From Camelus dromedarius (Eukaryota), in contig NC_087437.1 of the NCBI RefSeq assembly GCF_036321535.1, positions 67,644,001 through 67,708,000 of the forward strand: a DNA stretch of 64,000 bases, written 5' to 3'. The notes under the pieces were generated by a model that was not told where the DNA came from, searched no databases, and saw only the letters and a program-made list of their open reading frames with translations. Position numbers and translations under genes: made by a program. Below are positions 38,915 through 52,895 of the stretch, piece after piece (the first letter of the stretch is position 1; each line of letters opens with the position of its first letter).

Positions 38915-39072
38915 CCTCAATACTCAAAGGGAGATCTGTGGACAGTAGCATCCATATTGCCTCTGAACTTAATTAAAATGCAGGCTCCACCCTAGACCTA
39001 CTGAATCAGAACCTGCATTTTAGCATAGTTCCCAGGTGAATCATCTGTGCATTAAAATTTGAGAAGTACTTA
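38915..39072 (+). mobile_element. MER5A1-like MITE
   Basis: aaatgcaggctccaccctagacctactgaatcagaacctgcattttagca...cccaggtga...attaaaatttgagaagtact. Confidence 0.85.
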
Positions 39073-39109
39073 TCTAAGATACTGGTTTGTCTGAACATAA
39101 AAATTATAT

Positions 39110-39595
39110 AGAGGATTTTAAGCAGAAGATCTTGAATCAGAGTAACTCTCCTGCTGAAAACAATGATGAACTTTTGAAAATTGCTTCAAGACACTGGAGA
39201 GCAACCACAAATAGAGAAATACTAGAGCAATTGGACTCTTAAACGAAGAGAACCACCAGAGGAAGTTCTGCATTTCAACAACTTTGCTCTGAGGGTACTT
39301 CTATCCAGTTAATACAGTGTGCTGGCAGATAAAGGTCAAGCAGAAAACCAGAATCCTCTTGATCTGAGGAATTCAGAGATGCCATGAAAAATGGAAGGAA
39401 ATAAAATTCCACAAAGTAGAGAACCACAGGAGAGCTCCCAATATTGATACAAACCATACTCAAATCTTTGGCTGATTTCTCAAAAGTACTCACAGGGGTG
39501 GAATCTCCAAGTAGCCAAAGGGAAAAACAACATGTGAAAGAATGAAGGAATTTGATAGAGATATTAGCTGCAGAGACAGCAGGGAAGACAGAATT
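39110..39595 (+). mobile_element. Old L1ME-type 5' end fragment
   Basis: aactctcctgctgaaaacaa...aagacactggagagcaacc...aatattgatacaaaccatactcaaatctttggctga. Confidence 0.6.
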
Positions 39596-39599
39596 TATT

Positions 39600-42500
39600 A
39601 ATATTTTTCATTCTTTTTTCTTTTGTCAATTTCTTGTTTTATCTTTATTATTGTCCTCCTTACTGCCTTACTTACATTAGTATATTACTTTGCACTAGTT
39701 TTCTAGTTTTTTAAGTTCACTGAAAACTTAGGTCATTGACTTTCTACTTTTCTCTTTCCTAATATAATTATGAAAGGTAAATACATTTCCCTGTAAGAAC
39801 TCCTTTAGCTGTATCCCACAAGTTTTGGTATGCTGTAATTTCATTACCATTCGGTTTGGACTCTTTTCTAATTTACCTGTGACTTATTCTTTGACCTGTG
39901 GATTATTTAAATGTATGTCATTCAATTTCTGATGGGATTGCCTTAGAATCTTATTGCTGCCTATTTCACACTTACCATCATTGTGGTAGTAGAATATACT
40001 TTCTTGTCAATTATTATAATTTCTTCCTCCTTATGAGAGTATTTTACCTATTAACATTTTAATTAATTAATTATATATTTTGATTTAGCTTTTATTTATT
40101 TTTGTTCATTTCTTTTTCTACATTCTTTTGGGTTATTTGAATATATTTAAATCCATTTTAATTTATCTATTGGCTTTTTAGCTATACTTCTGAATATCTT
40201 CTGGTAGTTGCTCTGTGAATTAAACATGTATCTTTAACATTTTATAGTCTACTTTTTGTAGTATTGTTCTATTTCATATAAAATGTAGAAGCCTGGGGAC
40301 CTCATAGGCCTATTGACCCCATCCGCCAACCTTCTTTGTCATACATATATATACATGCATTATAAAGTACACAACGTAGTATGTCTTTTGCTTTAAATAC
40401 TCTATATATATTTTAAGCAAATGAAAAGAAAAAAAAAACATCTTTTGAGTTCATGTGTATTTACCATTTCCAGTGCTCTTTATTTCTTCCTGAATATCTG
40501 AATTTCTATTGGGAATTATTTTTATTCAGCTTGAGCAATTTCACTAAACATTTCTGGTAATAAATGTTTGACAAATTCTCTTATTTTTCAATTATTTGAA
40601 ATTGCAGTACATTGATTTTGGAGAATGTAATCCCTTTGTCTCTGGCCTCTGTATTTTCTGATGAGACATTAACACTTACGTAAATTGGTTTCCTCCTGAA
40701 TAAAATGTGCCATATTCCCCTGCTGTTTTCAAGATGTTCTCTTTATCTTTGGTATCAACAAGTTAACTATATGCATAAGTATGGTTTTATACATCTTTAT
40801 GGGACTTGAGGCTTTCTGAGATTCTTAAAATTATAAATTTATATCTTTTATCAAACTGGAAACATTTTGACATTCTCAAATATTTTTTCTGCTTTGTTGT
40901 CTTTCTTTCACTGTAATCTATTTATTTTGATTTATTGATCTGTTTTCAACTTCAGCTGACTTTTTTCCTCTTAATTTTCAGTCTATTCTTAAGTCTATCC
41001 AGTGGACTTATATGAAAAATTATGTTTTTCAGTGATAGAATTTTCAATTTTTCTTTTGCATATTTAAAAAAAATTCTCAATTGGGTTTTCCTATCTTTTT
41101 ATTTGTTATGACTATATTTTCCTATATCTCAATGAATATGGTTGAGAGCTACTCTGAAGTTCTTGACTACAAGTTGTAACATTGGGTTACTTCAGTATTG
41201 GCCATTATCGATTGCTTTTCCTTCTTAAAATTACATTTACATTTTGTTGCTTAATATTTCTAGTTTGGATTCTATCATGGATGTTGTGAATGTCACATTA
41301 TGGAAACTAGGGTTCTGTTATATAACTGAGAAGAGAATGTGTATTTTTGTTTTAACTGACAGTTAACTTGGTTAGACTGAAACATACAATTGATTTTGGG
41401 TGAAAACTCATCTCAGTTGTTTTAAATTTTTTTCTTCCATTAACTGGGTTTCTTACACTCTGCTGTTTGTCTTGTATGTGTATGTAATTTGACACTTAGC
41501 TAAAGATTTCTACAGTTTGTGAACAAAATATGACTCCAGGGCTCTATATTTTTTTGTGATTCCTGCTTTCCATACGCACTTCATGTTTTCATAGCTAGAG
41601 TAGCCTCAACTTCTGTTTTCTCTTTTTCCAGTCCAGAAATAAAATATTGTGGCTTAAACATTCTGTAATTGTCCTTCTTGAGGATGTGAGTATTATCTGC
41701 ACTGAGGCTAAATGCCAAAATGAAGATAACCAACCCCGTGGTGATCCCTTCTGCCAAATTTAGTTTGTTTCTTATTGAACTATGATAGACTTGCAAAATT
41801 ATGTTAGTTTCAGGTGTACCTTATAGCGATTCCATATTTTTATACATTATGAAATGATCACCACAATAAGTCTAGTTAATATCTGTCACCAAACAGTATT
41901 GTTACAATATTATTGTCTATATACAATATATAATGTCTATATTGGTACATTACATCCCCATTACTTTATTTTATGAGTGTACTGCTTAATTTCCTCCCCT
42001 ATGTCACTCATCTCTCACCTCTCTCCCCTATGGCAACCACCATAGATGTTCTCTGCATCTATGAGTCTGTTTTTGTTTCATTACAATGTGATTGTTCATT
42101 TGCTTTGTTTTTTAAGATTCCACGTGTAAGTGAATTCTTTCTCTGACTTACTTCATGTAGCATAATACTTTCTGGGATACTACTATCCATGTTGTCGCAA
42201 ATGGCAAAATTTAATTCTTTTTCATGATTGAGTAATATTCCATTGTATATAGATACCACATCTTCTTTATCCCTTCATCTATTAATAGACACTTAGGTGG
42301 CTTTCATATCTTATCTCTTGCAAATAGTTTGCAGTGGAAGTTGGAGTGCACTGGGTGCATGTATCTTTTTGAACTAGTGGCTTTGTTTTCTTCAGATAAA
42401 TACCAAAAAGTGGAAATGCTGGATTGTTGGGGTAGTTCTATTTTTAATTTTTTGAGGAACCTCCATACTGTTTTCCATAGTGGCTATACCACCAACAGTA

Positions 42501-45500
42501 CACATGTGTTTCCTTTGTTTCACACCCTTTTCAATACTTGTTATTTCTTGTATTTTTTATAATAGTCTGACAGAAGTAAGGTGATATCTCATTGTGGTTT
42601 TAACTCTGACTTCCCTGATAATGAGTGATGTGGAGCACCTTTTCATGTGTCTGTTGGCCATCTGTGTGTCTTCTTTGGAAAAGTGTTTATTCAGGTCCTC
42701 TGCCCATTTTTTAATCAAATTATTATTTTTTGATATTGAGTTTTGTGAGTTCTTCATATGTTTTGGATATTAACCCCTTATTGGACATATGTTTCTCAAA
42801 TATCTTTTCCCATTCAGTAGCTTGCCTTTTTGTTTTGTTTATGGCTTCATTCACTGTGCTAAAGTTTTTTGGTTTGATGTAGCCCCACTTGTTTACTGTT
42901 GCTTTTGCTGCCCTAAGGAGGCAATTACAGAAAAAATATTGCTAAGACTGACATGAAAGAGTGTACTGCCTTTGTTTTCTTTTAGGAATTTTATGGTTTT
43001 AGATCTTACATCTAAGTCTTCACTCTACTTTGAGTTTATTATTGTATAGAGTATAAGAGAGTGGTCCAGTTTTATTCTTTTGCATGTAGTTGTTCAGTTT
43101 TCCCAACACCATTTATTGAAGAAACTGTCTTTTCTCTATTGTATATTCTTTCCTCCTTTGTCATATATACTATAGTTTTGTAGTATAATTTATAGTAAAG
43201 GTGAGTGATACCTCCAACTTTGTTCTCCTTTCTCAGGATTGCTTTGCTATTTGGGGTCTTTTTTGGTTCCGTACAAGTTTTAGTATTATTTGTTCTATTT
43301 CTAAAAAAAAATACCATGAGTATTTTGATAAAGATTATGTTGAATCTGTAGATTACTTTTGTTAGTATGGACACTTTAATAATATTAATTCTTCCAATCC
43401 ATGAGCATGGTATATGTTTCCATTTATTTATATCATCTTCCATTTCTTTCATCAGTGTCATAGTTTTCAGGGTACAGATCTTTCACTTCCTTGGTTAACT
43501 TCATTCCTTGTTATTTTATTCTTTTTAATGTACTTAAAAATGAGATTGATTTCTTAATTTATTTTTCTGATAGTTTGATAGTAGTGTGTAATATGTGTTG
43601 TTTTGTCTCCATATGTTTGTATTTTTTCCAGTTTTCTTCTTGTAATTGATTTTTCATTTCATATTATTTTGGTCAAAAAAAGTACTTGATATGGCCTTAA
43701 TCTTCTTAAATGTATTGAGATTTGTTTTGTGGCCTAGCATGTGATCTATCCTGGAGAAAATACCATGGAAACTTGAAAAAAATGTGTACTCTGAAGTTTA
43801 TGAATGAAATGTTTTTTATATGTCTATTAAGTGAATCTGTCTAATGTGTCATTTAAGGCCAGTGTTTTCCTATTGATTTTTTGTCTGTTTGATCTGTCCT
43901 TTGATGTAAGTGGGTTATTAAAGTCCCTTACTATTATTGTATTACTGTCAATTTCTCTTCTATTATGTCTGTTAAAGTTTGCATTATATATACTTAGTTG
44001 CCCCTATGTTAGGTGCATATGTTTATGGATGTTATATCTTCTTATTTTATTGACCCCTTTATCATTTTGTAATGTCCTTCTTTGTCTTTTGTTATAATCT
44101 TTACTTTAAAGTCTATTTTTGTCTAAGTATTGCTGCTGCAGCTCTTTTCCATTTTCATTTACTTAAATGCAATATCTTTTTTCCATTCCTTCACTTTCAG
44201 TCTGTGTGTGTTTTTAGGTACAAAGTGAGTCTTGTAGGCAGCATATAGATCCTGTTTTTTAATCCACTCAGCCACCCTATGTCTTTTGATTGGAGCATTT
44301 AGTCCATTTACATTTAAAGTGATTATTGATAGGTATGTTCTTATTGTCATTTTGTTACTTGTTTTCTGGTTGTTTAGTAGTCCTTCTTCATTCTTCCTTC
44401 TTGTTCCCTTCCTTTGTGGTTTAATACTTTACATTAGTTTCTTTTATGTTTGAGTTCCTTTCTCTTTATATTTGTATGTAATTTGTAGGTTTTTGACTTG
44501 TGGTTACCATGAGAGTCATAAATATTCACCTATATATACAGTAGTTTATTTTAAGCTGATATAGTTGCATGAGTTTGAAAAGCACTACATCCCCTCCACG
44601 GATGTTTTTATTTTTTACATTATATTTTATATATTTTTATTTTATGTATCTCTCAACTACTTATTTTAGTTATAGTTGATTTTACTATTATCTTTTAACC
44701 TTTGTACTAGCTTTATAAATTGCTGATCCCCTGCCTTTACTATATATTTGCCTTTACCAGTGAGATTCTTTTTCTTTCATATATTTAATATTTTTATGAC
44801 CTATTTTCTAAACTTAAAGAAAACCTTTTAACAATTTTTCTAAGACCAGTTGAAATGTAATGATCTTCTTTAGTTTTTACTTGTCTGAGAATCTCTTTAT
44901 CTCTCTTCAATTCTGAATGATAATTTTCAGGGGAAACAATATTCTTGGTTTTAAGTATTTTTCTTGTAGCACTTTAAATATATCCTGCCACTCCCATCTG
45001 GCCTGCAAAATTTCTGCTAAAAAATTAGCTGATAATCTTATAAGGGTTCCCTTGGATATGGCTGGTTGTTTTTCTCTTGCTGCCTTTAAAATTCTCTCTT
45101 AATCTTTAACTTTTACCATTTTAATTATGATATGTCTTGGTGTGGGTCTCTTTGGGTTTATCTTGTTTGGTACTCTCTTTGCTTCCTAGACCTGGATATC
45201 TATTTCTTTACCCAGATTAGGTAAGTTTTCAGCCATTATTTCTTCAACTAAGTTTTCCATTCTTTTATCTTTTTCTTCTCCTCTGAGAGTCCTATAATGT
45301 AAATGTTAGTATACTTTTTTGTTTCAGAGGGCCTTTAAACTATCCTTAATTTTTAGAATTATTTTTTCTTTTTGCTGTTCTGAATGCTGTCCTGGTGATT
45401 TTTCCTGTTCTGTCTTCCAGATTGCTGATCCATTCTTTTATATCAACTATTATGCTGTTTATTCCCTGTAGTGTATTTTTCATTTCAGTATTGTATTTTT

Positions 45501-46830
45501 CAGCTCTGATCAGTTATTTCTTATATTTTTTAACTCTTTGCTGAAGTTCTCACTGTGTTCCTTTATTCTTCTTCTGATTTCTTTGAGCATCTTTATGACT
45601 ATTACTTTGAACTCCTTGTCAGATAAATTATCTCCACTTCATTAGGGTTTTTTTTTAAATAGGTTTTATCTTGTCTTTCTTTTGGAACATATTCCTCTGC
45701 CCCCTCATTTTGTTTGACCTTCTGTGTTCCTGTTAATTAGGCATAACAGCTAACTCTCTCAATCTTGAATGGCTTTGTGTAGGAGTGTCCTCTGTATATA
45801 CTGCATGTGCTGTGTGGCTTTGGTGGGATGACTGGTGCTGGAGCAGGTACAGGCTGGTGGTATGGCTACTGGGACACACCATACCAGGGCCACCCTAGCA
45901 AGAGGGCTGGAAATAAAGCAGGCAGGATTTGAAGGATACTGGGCACTATGCAGGGGTGCTGCCCTGGTGGGATATCTAGAGCAGGAGTGGGCATGGATTC
46001 CAGATTGCTCTGTACCCCTCACCCAACCTTGACTAGATAGCTAGAGCCAGAGTGGGCACTGGCTAGGGTTTCCCAGAATGTGCCATGCCTGGGCCACCTT
46101 GGCAGGGCAGCTGGAGCTGGGGCAGGCACAGCTATCAGTCTACCACCTGTAGCTGGTGTGGGCCAGGGGCATAGGTCACACTGGAATGGCCTTAGAAGAC
46201 CAGCTAGGGCATCTGGAACATGTTTCCATTCATGCTATCAAGGTGGAGGGGAAAGGCAAAAAACTCTCTGGTCCTTCCAACTCAGAGGGAGTTCTAGCAT
46301 TTCTTAGTCCATTTAGCAGATACTCTAGAGTTAGTAAATGGATTTCCTTCTTATAAAGTCTATAAAGCCCTTTAAACTGCTATTTTTTCAATATGCCCCA
46401 GGGTGGGCAAATCTGAATGAGTAATATCCCTCAGTGATACCCTACTGTAGGTTGTTGTGTTGGAGGTGGTGTTCCCATGGATACTGTGTCTCTTTCTCTC
46501 CTACCATATCTCTGTGGTTGGTCTGTCATTTGCTATGCAGAAGCTTTTCAATCAGCCCTCAGGTCTTCCTCAGGAGGAATTCCTCTATATGTAGGTGTAG
46601 AATTAGTATGTCCACAGGAGGAGATGAGTTCATAGTCCTCCTACACCAAAATCTTGGACCCCCCCCCACCAAACTTCTCCCTTCTTCCAAGTTATAACTC
46701 CTGTCTAGAATCTGTATTTTAATTTTCACTCGCTAAACCATTAGATAATTGTTACTATATTTTGTTCAGAATTCATAATTTTTTTCTTTGGGACAGTTGA
46801 TGCAATTAGGAACTTACTTGGCACTACCTA
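39600..46830 (-). mobile_element. Old L1ME-type element (EN, ORF1 and 5' end remnants), split by a younger L1 at 41761-46677
   Basis: Antisense L1 at 39600-41760. Its 5' end resumes at 46694-46830, directly after the second TSD copy. Confidence 0.75.
41761..46677 (-). mobile_element. L1 (L1MA9-like/laurasiatherian) retaining 5'UTR, ORF1, EN and 3' end, with the RT core deleted
   Basis: ORF2 remnants ITLNVNGLNAPIKRHRVAEWIKKQD (44159-44350), [17 protein letters not shown] (43072-43461) and [15 protein letters not shown] (42557-42757). GC-richer 5'UTR at ~45750-46670. TSD at 41745-41760 and 46678-46693. Confidence 0.92.
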
Positions 46831-47765
46831 ATATAATAGAGGAAACAATGTTTAGAGTTAAGTTCCTAGATTTCAGGCTCCACTTAAGACCACCTAAATT
46901 GGAATCTTCATTTTAGCATAATTCTTCTATGACTTGCATATGTATTTTTGCTAGTTGTTAATTTATCGCAACTTAGATAAAAATTTACCTTTAATAGTCT
47001 GCTTTGCAATAATGGAGTTTGATCCTTTAAGCATATCTCCTACACAGAGAGTAGAATGTTAAATTTTGAAAATAGAGCTGGAGGGACATTGCAAGAGAAA
47101 GGGCACTCTCTTTCTCATTTCAGTGTGCTTCTATTTTTGTTTCTTTTTATTCCTACTGCATTACTCCTAGAGGCACATATAGATAGGGACATCCAGTGCC
47201 ACCCAGCCCAAACCATGTGCCCAGAATACACAATGCCTTGGTAAATTGGTAGCCCTGGTTGAGACCTGGTGATCACTTCACTCTGGACTCCTGAAGTGGA
47301 CACTATACCTAAGGCCTTTTACTACTAAGCTTGCAAGTGGATTCCCATGGCCTTGACTCTCTCACTGATCATCTACCTGCTAGCCTTGGCCTACCTGAAC
47401 CCCAGAGGAGCATTTCCTACTTGCCTGGCAGTGATAGACCTGTTTTGGTGCAGACAGCCAAATGAACTTCTCCCCAGTACAATCAAAAGCCATTTTACCT
47501 TCTACAGCTAGGTCTGAATCCCAGCTTCATGGAGGTAATATCCTTTCTGAGTTCTTCTTTTGAGCACTGTTCCCTCAAACATAGACTATTCTGTATAGTT
47601 CTGTGTGTACTCTTAAATTAATTTGTTATGGTTAGTAATTCTTCAGACTTTATCTGTTTAAATTACAGTGATGTTTCTGTTTTTGGATTAGACCTTGACT
47701 GATAAAGGATTTGTCTCATGAGTGATTCTAGGAAATAGACTTGCAAGGACAGGATTGGAGGATTG

Positions 47766-47768
<3 letters not shown>

Positions 47769-47802
<34 letters not shown>
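47769..47802 (+). repeat. (TG)17 microsatellite
   Basis: Read directly. Confidence 0.97.
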
Positions 47803-47805
<3 letters not shown>

Positions 47806-48014
47806 TTGGATTTCAGCAGTGATGAGCCAGTGGGAAATGGAATAATAATTCATGACAATATAAAAGGAAGTTACTTAAATAAAAAATAAATACATAGGAC
47901 AGAATAACTTGAAAGGACAAAAATTTGAAATTAATACAACTAATAATATCCATTTAAAACTGATCAAGTACAAAAAATAGACAAAACACAAATTATCTCT
48001 AATTACTTATATCT

Positions 48015-48758
48015 GTCTCAGATGTTTTCTGACACTAACCAATTCTCTGATTCTCTGTAGATACCAACTCAATGTCCAGCAATTTACTTCTGACACTAAC
48101 TACCCAGAGTCAGCATGAGACTATACAGGTTTAAGGGTATAGCCAGTTGCCAGTTGCAAGTATTGGGTCACCCATAATTCCGACTGACCAGCTATAATTT
48201 GAAGGTTCCCACAGCTCCCTCTTCAGGTTTGATAATTTGCTAGAACAGCTCACAGAACTCAGGAAGTCATTTTATTTATGTTTATCAATTTATTATAAAG
48301 GATACAAATGAACAACCAGATGAAGAGGTACATCAGGCAAGGTCTAGAAGGGCCTCTGGTGCAGGAGCTTTTGTCCCTGTGGAATTGGTTGCTCTACCCT
48401 CCTTGAACTTGAGTGAGGTCACTAATTCAAAATTTCTCCAAAGCAATGTGTTCAAAAGTGTTTATAAAGCTCAGTCTCCAGAAGCCCCTTGCTTTCCTAG
48501 AGATTGAGGGGTGGAACTAAAAGTGCCAACCCTCTAATCACTTGATCTTTCTGGTGACCAGCCCCATCCTGAGGCAGTCTGGGGGTCCCAACCTAAGTCT
48601 CCTCATCCTCATTAGCATAAGTAACACAAGTATGATGAATTAGGCTCATAATAAATAACAAAGGACGGTGATAGCACTCAGGAAATTCCAAGGATTTTAG
48701 GAGCTTTTTTGCTAGGAGCTAGGGATAAAGATTAAATGTATTTCTGTATTACACCAAA
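48015..48758 (-). mobile_element. MER21C-like LTR inserted into a short L1 ORF2 fragment
   Basis: tctgacactaactacccagag...caggtttgataatttgctagaacagctcacagaactcagga...aaattccaaggattttaggagc. L1-like sequence lies on both sides. Confidence 0.85.
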
Positions 48759-50236
48759 ATCTGAAATAAAAGAGGCTATATAATTTATCATGTATTAATT
48801 ATATCTACTTATATATTAATTTCCCACAAAAATTAAAAGGAAATAAATAGGATATCTTTGGGTCAGGAGGAAGATGATACCTAGATCAAAATCTGGATCT
48901 GCACAAAGGAATTAGAGCTTTAGGAGACAGAAATATGTCAATAAGTATAAAAGATATTTTTCTTATTTTTAAAATCTCTATAAAATACAATTAAATATCT
49001 AAAGTATATAAACTGAAGTATCATAGTATTATAGCAAACATAGAAGTAAAATGATAGAAGAGTCAGTAGTACAAAGGCACAGAGAAGTGCAATAGAAGTA
49101 TACAATTGTATATTTTGTGTGAAGTTTTATTATTGTCTATAATTAGACTGTAATAAATAAAACCAACCCTAAGATAACCACTAATTTCTAAAAAACAGCA
49201 ACAAGGAGTATAGCTAACATTCCAACAAAGAAGATAAAATGTAATCATAAAACTATCAAATTCATCCTTAAAAAGGAGAAAAAAGAGACAAAACCCTGAA
49301 GGGATGGATATAAAACAATCTGGTAGATTTAACTCAAATATATTAATAATCATATTAAGTGTAAATGGTCTAAATATTCTAATTTTTATAAGAGATTTTA
49401 AGTGTAGATAAAAATTAAGATCCATGTATAAATCAAATATAATAATTCTACACTCAACATATATACACATAGATTAAAAGTGAAAGGAAGAAAGATATTT
49501 CATGGTAAAACTAATAAAAGAAAGCTGGAATGACTATATTACTATCAGAAAAACTACTTTTTAGACCAAAGACTATTACTAGGATTAAAGACGGTTGTTT
49601 CAGAATGATTAAAGGGATCAATTTATCAAGAGGACATAATAATCTTAAATAATTATATTTTTAATATCTGAAATTAAAAATAGATTAAGCAAAAACTGAT
49701 AGAACTGACAAGATAAACAAATCCATGATTATAGTAAAATGTTTTAACACTTCTTTTTCAATAATGGATAGTTTAAGTAGTTATAACATCAGTAAGGATA
49801 AAAAGAGTTGAAAAATATCAATCAATTTTCTGTAACTGACATTATAAAAATATTCACCCAACAACAGCACAATACACATTTTCTCAAGTGCATATTGGAC
49901 ATTTAAAAAGATAGGACATATTCTGGATTATTGAACAGATCTCAAAAAATTTACAGATATTCAATAATATGAATTATGTTCTCTGAAAGCAATGGAATTA
50001 AGTTAGAAATCAATAACAGAAAAGTATCTGGAAAGCTCCAAAATACCTGGCAACTAAATAGCACACTTCTAAATGATTCATGTGTCAAACAAATATCATA
50101 AGGGAAGTTAGAACTGAATGAAATTATTGAAGGATATATAAGTATTGAACTGAATGAAAACAAAAACACAAAATAAGAAAATTTGTGTAATGCATTTAAA
50201 GCAATGCTTAGGGAGAAATATTTAGCATTTAAGTTC

Positions 50237-52734
50237 TGGTGGCTTTAAAAATATGTTCACAAATTCTTTCAATCACTTTTTAAGGGGTAGAGCTTAATTT
50301 CCCTCCCTTTCAGTGTGGGTTACATTTAGTCACTTGTTTGTAATGGTTAGAATCAGACAGAAATAATGGCATATCACTTCTGAAAATAGATTATAAAAAC
50401 ACTTAGTTTCCATTTTGGATGCCCTGTATTTAAGGAATTTGTTGTACTGGAAATAGGTATTATCCATGTCAGGACATTCAGACAACCTATAGACTGGCCT
50501 GTGAAGCAGGACACTGGTCTTTGGCCAATGGCCAGAGAGGAACTGAAGTCTGCCAGCAAACACATGCTTGAGCTTGGAAGTACATCCTTGCTTGGACATG
50601 CTATCAGATGATACTGCAACCCTGGCCAACAGCTTAATCGTAAACTTATAAGAGATATTGAGTCAGAACCATTCAGTGAAACTAGAGCCAGATCTCTGAC
50701 CCATTAAAGCTGAAACAAAAAATGTTTGTTTTTTTAAACCTCTAAACTTGGGGATAATTTATCAAGATTTTGATACTGAGAAAAGAGTATTGTCAACCTA
50801 AAATGTTGGAGTGTCTTTGATACGAGGCAGTGGCTTTTGCTGAGACTGTTATGGAAAGCCAAACATCTTTAAGAAACTATTTATAGAAGTCTCATGGTCT
50901 TAGATAAGGCTGCTGCTGAGGGCATTCAGGAGAGTGACCTAAATGTTATTAAAAACTGGATGAGGTGGGGGGGGGGTGTCCTTGTTACATAGTGGTAGAA
51001 AGGGCAAGATGAACAGCATCAGTCATGTTGAAAGTAGATAATATACCTGATGAACTGGATGATCTGGCTAAAGATAATTCCAGTGAAAGTTTTGAATGTG
51101 CTACTTGTTTTTCCCTTGCTGCCTAACATAACATTCAAGAGAAGTGAGGTAAATTAAGAAAGTGCTGTTAAACATGAAGGAGCTGGAACTTGATGGCTTT
51201 GAAAATTCTGTCTCTACAAACAACAAATGCTAAAATTAAGCAGTGGCTTCTGAGTAAAAAGAAAACCCAGTGCACTAATGTCTAAGCAAAGAGAGTGACT
51301 GTAAAATCTTTTGTTAAGATCTCAGGAAGATCAACAGTGATGTATCGGGGTGCTATTCAGTGAAACAAAATGCTCTCCAAATAGAACAAAGACATGCTTT
51401 ACACATCTTCTCTGTAGGTCTTATAGGAAGCTTCAGGGTGCCTTCCCCCAGGTTTTCATCAGAAACTCAAAATATAGAACTAGAAAAGGGTATACCTTAA
51501 AGAAACCTATGTGTGTGACTTTTGTCTAATGGAATAATAGGCTCCAGTAATTCATAGAAGCTCCACAAGGATTTTTAAAGGATTATATATACAGAAACAT
51601 CACCAGTTGACTCAAAGACCTGTAGATCAAGCAAAAGGAACTTAAATAAAAAGAGAACTTTGGACTCCCCAAATTCTGCTGGGAGGTAGGAGACTGAGAA
51701 AACTACCAGATACAAACAGTTGGTGCCTTTCATGATGAAGGGAAGCTGATGCAGAAGGTAGAATCAACAGTGCAGAGGGCAGATGAGAGCCATAGGAAAT
51801 TATTTCTAGGCTTCAAGACCTACAAGGAATTTCCAATATTTTCCTGGCTAGATTTCAGAATTGCTGTGGAATTTTTGTGCTATTGATTTCACCTGCTGTA
51901 TTTTCTCTTTTTGAGAAGTATGACTATAGCATTTATTCTGTGCCTGCTCCACTATTGTGTGAGGCATTTTTTTGTTTTAGTTTTGCAAGTCTATAGCTTG
52001 AAAGGGCCTGTATTCCAGAAGCTGTAATAATAGATCTACACTCAAGGAGCAATATCCACATTGGGACCTGATTTATGTGACAAGATTTTGAACACAGAGC
52101 TCATTTGGCAATGAAATGAGACATCTGAGAGTTTTGGGTGGGGAAAATGTATTTTGCACGGAGGAGAAAAGTAAAGATTTGGTTAGAGGTTGAACTGTGA
52201 TGTTTTGAAAATATGTCCACAAATTGTTTTATACTCCTCCCTTTAAGAGAAAGATCTGTATTCCCTTGTTTTTGAATGTGAGATAGACTTAGTCGAGTAT
52301 GGCAGAAACCATGGTATGTCATGTCATGTATGTGATTAAATTATGGGAAAAAAATGCAACTTCCATCAGGCATGGATTTTCTCACTTTAAAATCACTTGT
52401 CCTGGAGAAAGCCAGAAACCATGTCATAAGCTCATTTGAGCAGCCTACAGAGAGTACCACATGATAAAAATTGGAAGTCTTTTGCCAACAGACAGCAAAG
52501 ACTTAAAGACTCAATAGTTACATGAGAGAGTTTAAAAGTGTATTATCTCTGAGTTAAATGTTTAAATGAGACTGCAGGCCTAGCTATTCCATGAAAGACA
52601 GAAAGACCTTGAGGCAGAACCACCTAGCTATGCCATTCATGCTTTCTGCTCAGCAGACACTATGAAATAATAAGCGTTGTTTTCAAGCTGCTGTTTTCTG
52701 ATAATTTGTTATACAGCATTAGAGATCTAGTACA
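50237..52734 (+). mobile_element. Two-LTR MaLR provirus (MLT1F-like LTR, internal region, LTR)
   Basis: LTR1 at ~50237-50765 and LTR2 at 52196-52734 both begin aaaatatgt(t/c)cacaaatt. The internal region starts gattttgatactgag and ends in PPT-like ggttagaggttgaac. Confidence 0.85.
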
Positions 52735-52895
52735 GATACCTATATCAGAAAAGTAGAAAACTCTCAAATTAGTAGCTATGCCTCCACCTTTAGAAACTAT
52801 AAAGTGGTGGCAGATTAAACAAAGTAAGCAGAAGAAAGTAAATAATAAAGAGCATAAATCAATTATAGTCAGAAAGATAGTAAAGAAAAATCAAT

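Noticed and set aside
43072..43461. 129-aa ORF with real protein similarity
   Set aside because: It is a frameshifted L1 ORF2 remnant, not a host gene.
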